A stretch of DNA of 36,291 bases from Chiloscyllium plagiosum (taxonomy: Eukaryota): assembly GCF_004010195.1 (NCBI RefSeq), contig NC_057719.1, positions 180,599 through 216,889 on the forward strand. Direction: 5' to 3'. Positions within the stretch are counted from its first letter, which is position 1. The number at the start of each line of letters is the position of its first letter. The notes beneath the pieces were generated by a model that did no database searches, had not been told where the DNA came from, and was given only the letters and a program-made list of their open reading frames with translations. A program made the position numbers and the translations under genes. This document shows positions 23,345 to 35,744 of the stretch, one piece after another.

Positions 23345-23786
23345 TCTGAGGTGATGCCCTCTGGTTCTAGACTCTCCCACAAGGGGAAACAACTTCTCAT
23401 CATCCACCTTGTCACCATCCCCCTTAAAATCTTGAATATTCCAATAAGGTCTCCTCTCATTCTCCAATGACCAATACCCCCTACTCAGCTCAGAAGAACA
23501 TCCCTCCTTATGCAGGATCAGTCTCATGAACCTTCTCAGCACTGCTTCCAAAGCCAGGATATCTCTCCTTAGATAAGGGCAATCGAACTAACCACAGCTG
23601 TGGTCTGACCAGCTCTTTATGTGGTTTTAGCAAAATCTCCCAGTTTTTATACTCTATTCCCCTTGAAATAAAGGCCAACATTCTATTTGCCTTCCCTATT
23701 ATCTGGTGAACTTGGACAGTAGCGTTTTGTGATTTATATACTAGTTCACTCAAATTCCTCCGTTCCGTAGCTTTCTGCAGTCTTTC
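23345..23786 (-). mobile_element. Decayed CR1 fragment
   Basis: IGKANRMLAFISRGIEYKN, LVRPQL, LFPLVGESRTRGH. Confidence 0.8.
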
Positions 23787-24080
23787 TTACCAACTTTGAC
23801 AGATGCACCATAGAATGCATTCTATACAGATGCAGCATGTCTTGGTTCGGCCAACGCTCTGCCCAGGACCGTAAGAAACTACAGAGGATGTGAACACAGC
23901 CCAGACCATCACGCAAACCAGCCTTGACTCCATCTACACTTCTCGCTGTCTCGGACTGGCAGCCAACATAATCAAAGTTCCCCCCCCCTCCCCACCCCGA
24001 TTATAATCTCTTCCAACCTCTTTCATTGGGCAGAAGATACAAAAGCTTAAACACACAGACCAATGGATTCAAGAACAGTA
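23787..24080 (+). mobile_element. Rex1/Babar-like LINE C-terminal fragment
   Basis: Frameshifted TNF.RCTIE.IL, SAQDRKKLQR, DSIYTSRC, GRRYKSL, FKNS motifs. Confidence 0.6.
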
Positions 24081-24584
24081 CCCACCCGTTTAATCCCCCA
24101 CCCACAATCCCTCAATAAAAAGGAAGGAAGTTACTGGGGTTGTAGAGGCGATGGGAACAGGATGGGACATGGTGAGGATGTGCATAAATTGTTGAAACAG
24201 CTGAGATGACTGAGAACATGCATCTAGTGGCACATGTGCGATGTTATGGCTTTATTAGTAAAGTATGAAGTACAAAAGCAAGAAAGCTCAGGTGAAGCTG
24301 CACAAAAGACAAGCTCCTCAATTGCAGCTTTGGGTCCAATTTTGGACACAGCATTTATGGAAGGGATCTATGGGCCTGGTTGGGGGCATTAGTTACATGG
24401 GGAGAGTGAGATATTCTCTTTGGAGAAGAGAAAATTGAGGGGAAATCCAATCAACACATTCAAAGTCTCCAGAGTTCTGGGCAGAGTTGTTCAAGAGAAA
24501 CTGTTTCCATTGAGGGGGGGGGGGGGCAGATTGAGAGTAGTAAAGGAGGAACAGTTGAGGTGATTGGTTAGGATTCAGGGTACA

Positions 24585-24705
24585 GTTTCCTGATGAAGGG
24601 CTTTTGCCAGAAATGTCGATTTTCCTGCTCCTCCGATGCTGTGCTTTTCCAGCACCACAGTAATCTTGACTCTAATCTCCAGCATCTGCAGGACCTACTT
24701 CTGCC
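24585..24705 (+). mobile_element. 121-bp mini-Penelope insert with decayed hammerhead at 24590-24617
   Basis: 16-bp TSD TAGGATT(C/T)AGGGTACA (24569-24584, 24706-24721). Confidence 0.8.
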
Positions 24706-24951
24706 TAGGATTTAGGGTACACTGATACTGTGGGGAAACAGTCAACTGAGGCTTTCCAAAGAAGATTGGATAATTATCTGAAGAGAAAAATATTGTAGGG
24801 ATGGGGAGGGGACTCAGTGAATCACTCTCACATATAACTAGTACACACTGCTGAGGCACCAACATAACTGCTCTATGATTCTCATCTTTAATCGACAAAA
24901 CATAATCAGGAATAAATGCTACTCCTTTTAACATATAACTCAACAACTTAC

Positions 24952-25062
24952 AATCACAGAAACTCCGCCAGGGACCTTTATTCCTTCAATGACCATTTCC
25001 TGTGACAACCAGCGACTGGTCCCTGGTCCTGGGGGGTACAGCCTCAGAGTCTCCTTTATTAC
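24952..25062 (-). CDS. CYP46A1: CYP46A1-like K-helix exon (111 nt)
   Basis: AG/GTAAGT bounded; VIKETLRLYPPGPGTSRWLSQEMVIEGIKVPGGVSVI with ExLR. Confidence 0.93.
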
Positions 25063-25248
25063 CTGTGAGAAAGGGATCATGACCACAATCACACCGTTAG
25101 AAAACTGAAATGAGGTTTTCAATCACAATCCATTCCTGACAGGGACACAGTTCGGAACCAGACAGCAAGTGCCACAGGATTTGAATATCAATGCAATGAA
25201 TTAGGAGGCATCTTGAAAATGTTTTATGAGTGGTGTGCTTAGAGTTTC

Positions 25249-25446
25249 ACTCTGCATCTAACCCTGTGCTGTCCCTGTCCTGGGAGTGTTTGATGGGGAC
25301 GGTGTAGAGGGAGCTTTACTCTGTATCTAACCCTGTGCTGTCCCCGTCCTGGGAGTGTTTGATGGGGGACAATGTAGAGAGAGCTTTACCCTGTATGTAA
25401 CTCTGTGCTGTCCTGTCCAGGGAGTGTTTGATGGGGACAGTGTAGA
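25249..25446. repeat. 69-bp tandem repeat, about 2.9 copies
   Basis: Units start at 25249, 25318, 25388: ACTCTGTATCTAACCCTGTGCTGTCCCTGTCCTGGGAGTGTTTGATGGGGACAGTGTAGAGGGAGCTTT. Confidence 0.92.
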
Positions 25447-25753
25447 TTTCATGAAAAAATAAACTACAAAAAAGTTGCGAGTGATCTGTTCATAGTCTTG
25501 AGGATAAGGAGAGGAATGCCGGACAAGAAGTTATAACCTTATCATTAAATATTCTTCACACAACGATTGGTGGAAACCTGATGCCGTCTGAGCTGAGAAC
25601 CATCCAGCCCAATCTGGATTTTCAGAACAGGGATTGGATTGAGTGTTGGCTAAAGGGAGAGCCTGCAAAGGTGGGTGAATGGAGCTCAGCTTTAGATTAG
25701 TTCCAATCTAACTGAATTATGTAACGCCTGTGGGTCTGAATGCCCCCTTCCTA

Positions 25754-25783
25754 TTCCTGTTCCTGTTCCTGTTCCTGTTCCTG
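25754..25783. repeat. (TTCCTG)5 microsatellite, probably an expanded LINE tail
   Basis: Five perfect units after a decayed CR1-like 3' end. Confidence 0.85.
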
Positions 25784-25865
25784 TGAGATGGTTTGTGTTA
25801 TATGCGTGTCATAACATGATGTGTTTGGTGCCACGCAAATGCATCCACACCAATCAGAGCTGCAC

Positions 25866-25950
25866 CTGATTCATATACAGCAATTGGCCAATGTCATCAG
25901 CAGTAACATCACTCTTCAACCCAACAACTTCATCCACTTCTGCTTGCAAC
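25866..25950 (-). CDS. CYP46A1: CYP46A1-like exon (85 nt)
   Basis: (CT)n acceptor, donor GTGCAG; LQAEVDEVVGLKSDVTADDIGQLLYMNQ; phases fit both neighbours. Confidence 0.92.
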
Positions 25951-26364
25951 CTGAAGGAGAGAGAGAGAGAGATCGCATTATCCAGGAACACAGGAGTATC
26001 CTGGGAATAAACTTACATTACTATAGTTTCCTTGCAGCTGAGGTTGTTAAGGAGTGATCTGGACAGGATCTTAATGTGGAGGAAATGAGGGGAAATAGGG
26101 TGGATCTTCCCCTACAGTGGCAGAATCTCCAACAAGGAGACTAACGCGGAGGACTGGAGCTCATTGAAGCAAACACAGGGGACGTTTCATCACACGACTC
26201 GTGTGAATGTGGCAACTATGTCTGCATGAGATTCGAGGCAGTAAGTCAGTATGAAGATGGAGGATTGTTTGGGAATTGTAGATACTGTAGCTAAGGAGAA
26301 AAGGTAAAGATCTAGGATGAAAGAGACAGAGAGTGTGCACAACTTCGTAACTCCTCAATAAAAT

Positions 26365-26620
26365 ATTTTAGAAGCTGTTGTAATATTGGAATTGCAGCAC
26401 CCAATTTTCACACAGCAAACTCCCACAAACAGCAACGGGATTGTGATCAGATCATCTGGTTTTGAGAGCTGTCGGTTTAGAAATGAAGGATAAATATTTG
26501 TCAGGGGAGAATTGTTCTGTTCTTCTGCAAAATAGTGGCTGTGAGGGGGAATCTTTGTCAATGACCCGAGAGGTAGATAGGGCCTTAGTTTAACCTTTCA
26601 TGCAAAGACACAAGCTCCAA
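26365..26620 (-). mobile_element. Old Deu-domain SINE
   Basis: Reverse complement resembles 12180-12385 (AATATTTATCCTTCA, TTGCTGTTTGTGGGAG.TTGCTGTGTGAAAATTGG). Confidence 0.6.
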
Positions 26621-26779
26621 CATGACTGTTTGAGAGTTTCAGCCTGGATTATAGGTACAAGCCTCTGGCAGGGACTGAGACTCCTAGCTTTCTACCAGAA
26701 TCACAAAGGGGGTCATTTGGCCCATCATCTCTGCACGAGCTGTTTGCATCGGCAAGCTGGCATTGCAATTTTCCTGTCT

Positions 26780-27487
26780 TGTCCCCATATCCTTGCACAT
26801 TGTTTCTTGTTAAATAATCATGCAGTGCTCTCTTCAATGCTTCAATTGTACCTGCTTCCACATTTCCATAGAGTACATTCCAGAACTGAGCCATCATTTT
26901 GTGGAAAAAATTATTTCTCACACTGTGTTGCTTCTTTTGCAAATCACTTTAAATCTGTGCCCTCTCATTCTTTATCCTTTTAAAAGTGGGATCAGTTTCC
27001 ATTATCCATTCTATCCAGATTGTTCATCATTTTGAAAATGTTGATAGATCTCCTCTTAGCCTTCTCCTCTGCGCAAAAACATTCCCAACTTCTCCAAGCT
27101 ATGAAGGTTTTCATTCTTAGAATCATTCTTGTAAACCTCTTTTTCACCTCCAATGTGTTTACATCTTTTCAATAATGTGGTGCCTACAAATCTACACAAT
27201 ACTGAAGTCTAAATGGAGCCTAGCAAGAGTCTTGTACAAGCTCACCACCATCTCCTTTCCCTTCTCCGTATACTCCTATTAATAAAGCTAAGGATACTGC
27301 ATGCTTTTATAACTGCTCTCTCCCTTGTCCTGCCACCTCCAATGATGTGTGCATCTACACACCCAGCTCCCTCTGGTCCTGAACCTTCCTTAGTGTTATA
27401 TCCTCTATTTTACATTGTCCACCAACATTCTTTGACGAAATTGCATCACCTCACATTTATCTGTATTAAATCACATTTGCCATTGTG
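26780..27487 (-). mobile_element. Decayed CR1 3' portion
   Basis: RNNFFHK...WNVLYGNVEAGTIEALKRALHDYL. Confidence 0.7.
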
Positions 27488-27491
27488 ATCC

Positions 27492-28765
27492 TGTGCAGTT
27501 ACTGCCTTTGCTGTTTGAATTCATGTATTGCTGGACATTGGAGTGCTTCTGGGAAAATGAACAAACAGTGAAATCCACAACTGATCCTGGAGGTACCTGT
27601 TTGGGAGAAGTCACAGCACAGAGACAGATATGTAAATAGTTTTAAGTGCAGCCTTGGGGCCTTGCTGTAAGTCTGCAGTAGTGGATAGATTGGGTTCTTT
27701 CTTGATTATATATTTTATTGAGATATGTCTCTTGATTAAACTTGAAAATATAAGTCATAAGTATTAAGTTAGACTGGGGCAGTGTTTTGTACAGGAATAA
27801 GACGGTGCTATTTTCTGGGTCTGTAGATTGAAAGAAGCAAAAATGGCCCTTAAGTAGGGAGATGCTCTTCATGTCAGATGTGGCAGTTTAGGGAGAGTTT
27901 ATGTGTTACTGAGGATTATATCTGCAATAAATGCCGTTGGTTGCGAATCCTATCAGATCAAATGGAACAATTGGAGCAACAGTTGGAGGCAATGAGGAAT
28001 TTACAAGAGCAAGGGGGCATGATGGATGGCAGTTATAGGAAGGGGGGAAAGTCACAGATACAGTCACATAGATGGGTTAACTCCAGGAAAGGTAAGAGAG
28101 GTAGGCAGGTAAAGCAGGAGTCTTCTGTGGCTATCCCCTTTTCAAAGAAGTATGCTGTTCTGGAAAATGTAGGGGGTGATGGATTCTCAGGGGAATGTAG
28201 CACGAACAGCCAAGTTTCTGGTATTGAGACTGGCTGTAATGCAGTGAGGGGTACGTCAGGTTCCAATGATCGACTGTGTTCAGGGACTCTCTAGTCTGAA
28301 GCACAGACAGACGTTTCTGTGGCCAGCAGTGAAAAATCAGAATGGTGTGTTGCTTCCCTGGTGCCAGGATCAAGGATGTCTCAGAGAGGGTGCAGCATGT
28401 TCTCAAGGGGGAGAGGGGCCAGCAGGAGGTCATTGTCCACATTGGAACCAATGACATAGGAAGGGAAAAGGTTGAGATTCTGAAGGGAGAGTAAAGAGTG
28501 TTAGGCAGGAATTTAAAAAGGAGGTCCTCACGAGTAGTTAAAACTGGATTACTCCTGGTGCTTTGAGCGAGTGAGGGCAGGAATAGGAGGATAGAGCAGA
28601 TGAATGCTTGGGCTGAGGAGCTGGTGTATGAGAGAAGGATTCACATTTTTGGATCTTTGGAATCTCTTCTGGGTAGAAGTGACCTGTACAAGAAGGACGG
28701 ATTGCACCTGAATCAGAAGGGGACTAATATACTGGCAGGGAGATTTGCTCGAGCTGTTATGAGGG
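27492..28765 (+). mobile_element. CR1 5' half: 5' UTR and disrupted ORF1 (zinc finger, coiled coil, SGNH esterase)
   Basis: CSSCQMW...DYICNKC, heptad QMEQLEQQLEAM, CCFPGARIKDVSERV, VIVHIGTND, DLYKKDGLHLNQKG. Confidence 0.85.
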
Positions 28766-28938
28766 TAGTCAATTGCTTGGTTACAGTTTCTCCTGCTCGC
28801 CTTTCATTCCAGTCTATCCTGCCCAGCTCTGCTCTTGCCCTAGTGAGGTCAGCCCGACGCCAATTGATGTTTGTTACTGTGGGTTGCCCATTGTCATTCT
28901 CCATCATCATCCTGAATCTTACAATGATCACTATCTCC
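28766..28938 (-). mobile_element. Inverted CR1 ORF2 fragment (end of endonuclease)
   Basis: GDSDH then INWRRADLTRARAELGRIDW. Confidence 0.7.
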
Positions 28939-29196
28939 TAACTCTTCTTCAGGCAAGGGATTTCAAGCCACTGATCGATAACTATCACTACTGGGCTCTT
29001 TTAACTTACACAAAGCCTCTTAATTTGAAGTCAAATTCTGACCTTTACTCTCAAATTGACATTGTAAAAGATGTACCAATTAGAATTTTGACTGTGAAAA
29101 ATTTCCAGATACACTTACTTGACGTTCAGTTCCTTTCACTCCCCCCGCCCCAAGTCTCTGCCCCAACTCCCCAATCCACTCACCCACTGTCCTTAC

Positions 29197-29269
29197 TTTT
29201 TTCTTATTTCAGGTTGCCGTGTCAACTCCATGATGACAAAAGCAATCAGATTGGCTGTTGTCTCTTGAC
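29197..29269 (-). CDS. CYP46A1: CYP46A1-like I-helix exon (73 nt)
   Basis: Acceptor CTCACAG, donor GTAAGG; GQETTANLIAFVIMELTRQPEIRKK completes AGxET. Confidence 0.93.
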
Positions 29270-29924
29270 CTGTGAGGAACAAAACACTCGTCAACTGGAA
29301 CGCTGCTCCGGGAACCAAATATGGGAAGGCTTTGCACAGGGGCAGAAGAGATTGACTAAAATCCTACCAGGGACGAGGGACTTCAGTAACCTCGAGAGAT
29401 TGGAAAAGCGGCAATTGTTTTCCTTAGAGTAGAGAAGGTTAAAACGAGATTTAACAAAAAGTTTTCAAAATCAGAAAAGATTTTGGTAGAGTCAACAAGG
29501 AAACACTATCTCCACTTGCAAGAGAGTCCGAGTTAAATAATTGGCAAAGAACCAAGCTGGCAGTTTGGATCCAGGGAATTGTTAGTGCTTGGAAGTTCCT
29601 GCTGTAAAGTGCAGTTGACATTGGGCCATTGAATAGATTCGAGGCTGAGTCAGATGGATTTTTCATCCTCAAGGAAGATGAGAGTTCCAGGGCCAGGTGG
29701 GAGAGAGGAGCTGAGGTCACAGGCAGGCTTGATGTTATTGATTGATGAATTTGGCTCAGGAAGGCTGAATGGTCTGCTTTGGCTCCCAATCCATCCTCGA
29801 TGTCCTTGTGACTTGAAGGAGGGCTTTACAGTGGAGGGAATTCGAAGGGATACTGGGGGGATTACAGGACCAATCTGTTCTCTTTAGGGTGAAAGTTGGA
29901 GTAACAAGCCCAGAGAACCCTGGA

Positions 29925-30005
29925 GTTCTGAGGAAGGGTCACTCAACCCAAAACATTAACTCTGATTTCTCTCCACACATACTGCCAACTACTTCCAATT
30001 TTTGT
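29925..30005 (+). mobile_element. 81-bp mini-Penelope insert (second family) with decayed hammerhead at 29928-29958
   Basis: Perfect 16-bp TSD CCCAGAGAACCCTGGA (29909-29924, 30006-30021). Confidence 0.75.
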
Positions 30006-30169
30006 CCCAGAGAACCCTGGATGTCCAAGAATATTCAGAATTAAAAGGAAAAGAGGGACATATAACAATTACAAAGGCAGCAAAGTAACAGAGGCCCCAG
30101 AGTATAGGAAGTGCCAGAGAGGGGGAGAATCTTTCCTAATTAGGAGAGCAAAGATAGGGAGGGGGGAAT

Positions 30170-32485
30170 AAGAAAACACTGGGGAGCAAGATTAGGGAGA
30201 ATCCCAAGATATTCTACAAATAAATCAAGGAGAGGGGAGGAAAATAACTACATAAAGTGTAGGACAGTTAGAATGGGGCATGAAGCTGGAAGATATTGAT
30301 AAAGTGTTAAATAAGTACTTCACATCTGTCTTTACTTGGGAGAACAGGAATGTAGTACAGAATTTGAGAAAATGAACTGCATTGTTCTTGAGCAGATTGA
30401 TCGTAGAATCCCTAAAGTGTGGATAGAGGGCATTCGGCCCATCACGTCCACACCAATCCTTCAAAGAGCAACCCGCACAGACCCAACCCCTCACCCTATT
30501 CCTGTAACCCTGCGTTTCCCATGGTAGCCTCCCTAGCCTTCATATCCCTGGATGCTATGGGCAATTTAGCATGGCCAATCCGCCCCAACCTGCACATCTT
30601 TGGACTGTGTAGGGGAAACCAGAGCAGACACTCACACAGACACAGGGAGCATGTGCAAACTCCACACATACAGTTGTCAGAGGCTGGTAAGGCAGCAGTG
30701 CTAACCACTGTGCCACCCTGATATGAGAAGCAAGGAAGTTTTGGAGGTTTTGGTGAATTTAAAAGTGGGAAAATCCCTAAGTCTGGATGAGTTGTATCCC
30801 AGGCTTACAGGGACCCTGACCCAAATATTTAAATTGTCTCTGGCCACAGGGGAGGTGCAAGAGGACTGGAGGAGAGCTAAAATAGTTCTACTTCATAAGA
30901 AGGCGCGGTAGAGATAGACTGGGGAATTATAGACCAGTAAGTCTCACATCTGTGGTAGGAGAACTATTGGAAAAAGTGGTGAAGGAGAAATTTAATCTCC
31001 ATTGAGAGAGGCCATGTTTGGTCAGGCAGAGTCAGCCTGGGTTTGTCAGGGGGAGGCCATGCCTAACAAATCTGGTGGAACTTTTTAAGGAAGACACCAA
31101 GTGTTTGGATGAGGGTGGGCTGTTGATATAAGACCATAAGAAATAGGAACAATAGTAGGCCATTCGGCCTCTCAAGCCTGATCTGCCATTCAATAGGCAA
31201 CATTCCATATGTCCACTTCCCTGTGATACTTTATTCCCTTACTGGTCAAGAACCTTCCTATCTCAAGCTGACACATACATAAGGAGTATTTGGATTTCAG
31301 TAAGGCTTTTGAAAAGGTGCTACATAGGAACTGATGCAGAAGGTAAACGCTTATGGAGTCCAAGGTAACTTGGCAAATTGGATTCCACATTGCCTTTGTG
31401 ACAACTGACAGAGGGTGTTTGTAAAAGCTGTTTGTGTGACTGGAGTGCGGTGTGCAGTGGGTGTCCCACATGGATCAGTGCTGGGTCCCTTATTGTTTGT
31501 GACATTCATAAATGATGGAGATATGATTGTTGGGCGGGAGGGGGCGATGATAAGTAAATTTGTAGCTGTCACAAAGATTAGCTGAGTGGCTGACAGGGAG
31601 CAGGAAGGTGTTAGGTTACAGGAGGATATAAACGGATTGGTCAGATGGGCACATCAGTGGCAGATGGAGTTTAACCCTGATCACTGTGAGGTGATTCATT
31701 TTGGAAGAAGCAACAAGACCACGGAGCATTCAATGAAGGACAGGACACTGGGAATCTCAGAGGGACACTGGGATCTTGGGGAGCTTGTCCTCAGATCCCT
31801 GAAGGTGGCAGGATACAATAATACGATAGTTAAGAAGGTGTATGGGATACTAGCCTTTATCAGTCAAGGCATAGGTTGTAAAAGCAAGGAGGTGATGCTG
31901 GAGATGTACAGGTCTTTGGTGAGGCCACAGCTGGAGCACTGTGGGTAGTTCTAGTCCCCACACTATAGGAAGGATGGGATTACACTGGAGGGGGAGCAGA
32001 GGGGATTCACCAGGATGGTGCCTGGGATGGAGCAGTTTAGCGATGAAGGGAGGCTGGATAAACTCAGATTGTTTTCATTGGAGCAGAGACAGCAGAAGGG
32101 GACATGATGGAGGTGTGTAAGGTTATGAAGGGCATAGACAGGGTGGGTGGAAAGCAGCTGTTCCCCTCAGGTGAAGCGTAAATAACAAGGGGGCATCATT
32201 TTAAAGTGGAGGGCAGGAGGTTTAGAGGGGTTTTGAGGAAAGATCCTTTTCACTCCCAGAAGAGAGAGAGAGAGAATGGTAGGGATCTGGAGGCTGCTGC
32301 TGGAAGAGGAGTTGAGGTAGAAACGTCACAATTTTTTAAACAGTACTTGGGTGAGCTCTGAAGTGTCATAACACTCAAGGCCTATTGCGGGAAAGTGGTA
32401 CTAGTGTAGGTAGGAATGTATGTTTGGCAGTACAGACTTGATGGGCCAAAAGCCCCCCCCCCCCCGTACTGTATGACTGTACAAT
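30170..32485 (+). mobile_element. Decayed CR1 ORF2 with internal insertions
   Basis: LKVGKSLSLDELYPRL, YRPVSLTS, DFSKAF, WAHQWQMEFNPDHCEVIHFG, SLVRPQLEHC. Confidence 0.85.
30405..30718 (-). mobile_element. HE1-like SINE
   Basis: Head GGGTGGCACAGTGGTTAGCACTGCTGCC; body shared with 7375-7648. Confidence 0.8.
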
Positions 32486-32507
32486 GCTGTGAGGGTTTTT
32501 TGAAATG

Positions 32508-32806
32508 CGGAAGGCAAGGTGGCTCAGTGGTTAGCACTACTGCCTCACAACACCAGGGACCCAGTTTTGACTCCTGCCTTGGGTAACCGACTGTGTGGAG
32601 TTTGCACATTCTCCCAGTGTCTGCGTGGGTTTCCTCCGGGTGCTCTGGTTTCTTCCTACAATCCAAAGATACACAGGTAAGGTGAATTGGTCACGCTAAA
32701 TTGCCCATACGGAGAATGGGTCTGGGTGGATTACTCTTGAGAGGGTTGGTATGGACTTGTTGGGCTGAAGGGCCTGTTTCCACACTGTAGGGAATCTATC
32801 TAATCT
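32508..32806 (+). mobile_element. HE1-like SINE, near full length
   Basis: A box TGGCTCAGTGG, V-SINE-like core, CR1-derived 3' end GGGCTGAAGGGCCTGTTTCCACACTGTA. Confidence 0.88.
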
Positions 32807-33154
32807 CATGATGTTATGTATAAAATGATCATAGAAGGAAATTTAGTCGTAACTTTGGAAATGAAATTGGATAAATATTTGAAAAGGGGTATGTTACAGT
32901 GTCTTGGGGATCGGAGGGACTAATTGGATAGCTGGCAGAGGCATGGTGGGCAGAATGGCCTCTTTCTGTGTCTTTGTTACATCCCTGGTGAATTATAACT
33001 GTTTGTACTTCATTGGGAATTAACCCAAAGCGAGAACCTATCTTTTGTCAGTACAGACCACATTTGTTTATTATCCTAGAGCCCCATGACGCAGTCTGCT
33101 GTCAGGGAACAGGGACTCTGACAATGGAGAGGAGGAGTGAGTACTCTAACTGAC

Positions 33155-33217
33155 CTGCAATGAAGAAAGTAATGAAGTTGTCCAGCATCAGGCCATCGTC
33201 ATATTCCCCTTCTTGTT
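33155..33217 (-). CDS. CYP46A1: CYP46A1-like exon (63 nt), the most 5' exon found
   Basis: Acceptor CTTTTACAG, donor GTCAGT; QEGEYDDGLMLDNFITFFIAG. Confidence 0.92.
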
Positions 33218-33790
33218 CTGTAAAAGACGTTTACAGCAGAGTGAGAGAAATGAACTTGCTTGTGGTTTTACTCTGTTCCAACATCCACGTCATATTAAGC
33301 AAGGATTCCAGCACTAATCCTAGAGGAACATCACTGTCTACCTTCACCCTCTCTGAAAAACAATCACAGAAACAGAAAATCACAGTAGGAGCAAATCATC
33401 CAGCCATTCAAAATTCTCAGCTGATCATCTATCTTAACGCTATCTACCCACTATCTCCCGATACCCCGGTATCTTTAAAATTAAAAAAGAAAGTCATTCT
33501 CTTTCTGCTTTATATGCAGTGATCTGGCCTCCATAGTCGTCTGTGGTACAGAATTCCACATGTTCACTACCCCCTGTGTGATTAACAGCCATTCCCTCCC
33601 ATTGTGGGTCAACCTACAGCATGTGGACCGCAGTGGGTCAAGGAGGCAGCTCACCCCCACCCTCTCAAGGGGCAACTAGGGATAGGATAATAAATGGTGA
33701 CCCAGCCAGCGATGTCCACATCTTACAATAGAATAAAAAGATACTCACTGTTTGCTGTCCTTAAGCATTTTTTTAACCCAATCTTCTCAG

Positions 33791-34457
33791 TGTCACAAAG
33801 CTGGTCCCTTTTTTGTAAAAGCTGTTCCTTTTTTCAAGGATACTATGTCCTTGGTTTTTTTCAGAGGGGTAATAAACCTGCTCCCGGTGCCAATTAGACT
33901 GATTTGGTACAGAGATTAAAGGATATTAAGAGGCCTTTTTGTTTATATGTAAACAGATGAGACTTCAGGCTAAAGTGATCATGTTTTAGAAGTGACCTGT
34001 ACAATGAAAGGGGCATGGTCAGTCCAGAGCTAGTTAGGGAGTTCAACAGTAAGCTGTGTGAAAACATGCTGTCCCTCTCTTTCTCCCTCTCTCTCTCCCT
34101 CTCTCTCTCTTTCTCACTTTCTGCCCTTCTAACTTCAACCTATAAGCATCTGTTCCTTTTTTAAACTGTATTTTAAGGGAGTTTGCTTATTGGAACTGTT
34201 GTGTATACTGTATGTGGAACAGCATAATTACGTCTAGTTTGGATAGACTGAGTTCTGTAAGGATTCTTTATTCTGTTCTTTGTGTTTCATTATGCAATTA
34301 TGTGAATAAATTTTTGTCTGTTTTAGAACCTGGTAGTCAACCTTGCTAAATTACTCCGGGTGATTTTCACTGTATACTGACCGAAACAAATTGCAAAGCT
34401 ATAGTCTGGGGCTGCCTGCTTAAGATTGTTTTACGTGGTCTGACCTAGTCCACAACA
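33791..34457 (+). mobile_element. Solo LTR, 667 bp
   Basis: TGT...ACA termini, 4-bp TSD TCAG (33787-33790, 34458-34461), AATAAA at 34305. Confidence 0.7.
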
Positions 34458-34779
34458 TCAGCGCATAGGCCCAAACTTTGTTTACCAGCTTTTTAATATG
34501 TCACTATGTCAAAAACTTTCTTAAATTCTGTATAGATAACATAAACACCAGATGAAGCACACATACGGTCTGTTAATAAATATTCACTACTTCCACCACT
34601 GAAACATGGTGAGAGGAGCTAGCTACAAGGTACACTGTCACAATTCACCAAGACTCGTTCGACAGCATCTTTGAAACAATGCATTAACATCCCTCGTTGA
34701 TATCACAGGTCGACGCAACATCGAGGGCCGAAGGACCTGTACTGCGCTGGATCGTCCTATGTTTGATATGTTCTATGTA

Positions 34780-35560
34780 AGTATGCTGACCAGTACTGTA
34801 GTCTCATCAGTGCTCTGCATAACTGAAGGATAACCTCCCAACTCTTGCAGTCAATTCCCCTCACAATAAACTAGACCATTCTATTAGTTTCCCTGATTAC
34901 TTGCAGTGATTCATGCACAGAATTTCTCAGATTTCTCTGCATCTCAGAGCTCTGTGACCTCTCACCATTTAGATAATATGCTTCTTTTTCCATCCTTTCT
35001 GCCAATATGGACACGTCACACTTTTCCACATTGTACTCCACTTGTCAGATATTTGCCCATTCACTTAACCAATCTATATTCCTTTATAGGCTCCTTATTC
35101 CTGCTTCACAACTAACTTGCTTACCTATCTTTGTGTCATCAGCAAACCTAACTACCACACCTTCGATCTCTTCATCACAAGTTCTAACTTGTAAAGAGTT
35201 GTGGCCCCAGCACTGACCCCTGTGATACACAATTGTGACATCCTACCAGCCTGAAAAACATCCATTTATTCCTACTCTCTGCTTCCTGTCAGCAAGCCAA
35301 TCTTCTATCCATGCCAGTGTGTTATTTCCAATACTTTTATTTTCTGTAATTGCCTTTCATGTGCTTTATCAAATGCTTTCTGGAAATACAATATATTCAC
35401 TGGATCCCCCTGTATCTACAAGTTGCTTCTTCAAAGAATGCCAATAAAAGTTAAACATTTCTTTCTCAGGCACTCCCAGATTAATTCAAACTTATCTAAA
35501 GGGCCTTGTTCTCAATGATAACTTCTAGCATTTTTCCCTTTGACAGACATTTTAACTATA
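34780..35560 (-). mobile_element. Decayed CR1 RT fragment
   Basis: Reverse complement contains FADDTKIG, QGSVLGPQL and KVGIKG.FSGW-like motifs. Confidence 0.7.
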
Positions 35561-35744
35561 TCGCTGTTCTTTCATTCTCACTGGGTCAAAATCCTGGAAC
35601 TCTGTTCCTAACAGAGTCATAACACCCCAAGGAATGCAGCAGTTCAAGAAAGCAGCTCACTACCACCTTCTCAGGGCAATTAGAAATGGGTAAGAAATAC
35701 TGGTTTAACCAGCAACACCAACATCCCAAGAAAGAACAAACTCT

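Noticed and set aside
25249..25446. CRISPR-like array
   Set aside because: Contiguous tandem units with no unique spacers, in a eukaryotic intron.
28773..29432. 219-aa ORF
   Set aside because: Runs antisense across a CR1 fragment and a CYP46A1 exon; no coherent protein.
32508..32590. Second tRNA gene
   Set aside because: SINE head with a damaged B box, no cloverleaf, continuing into SINE body.
33742..33900. Next upstream CYP46A1 exon near a donor-like GTGAGTAT
   Set aside because: No P450-like translation, and it overlaps the solo LTR.
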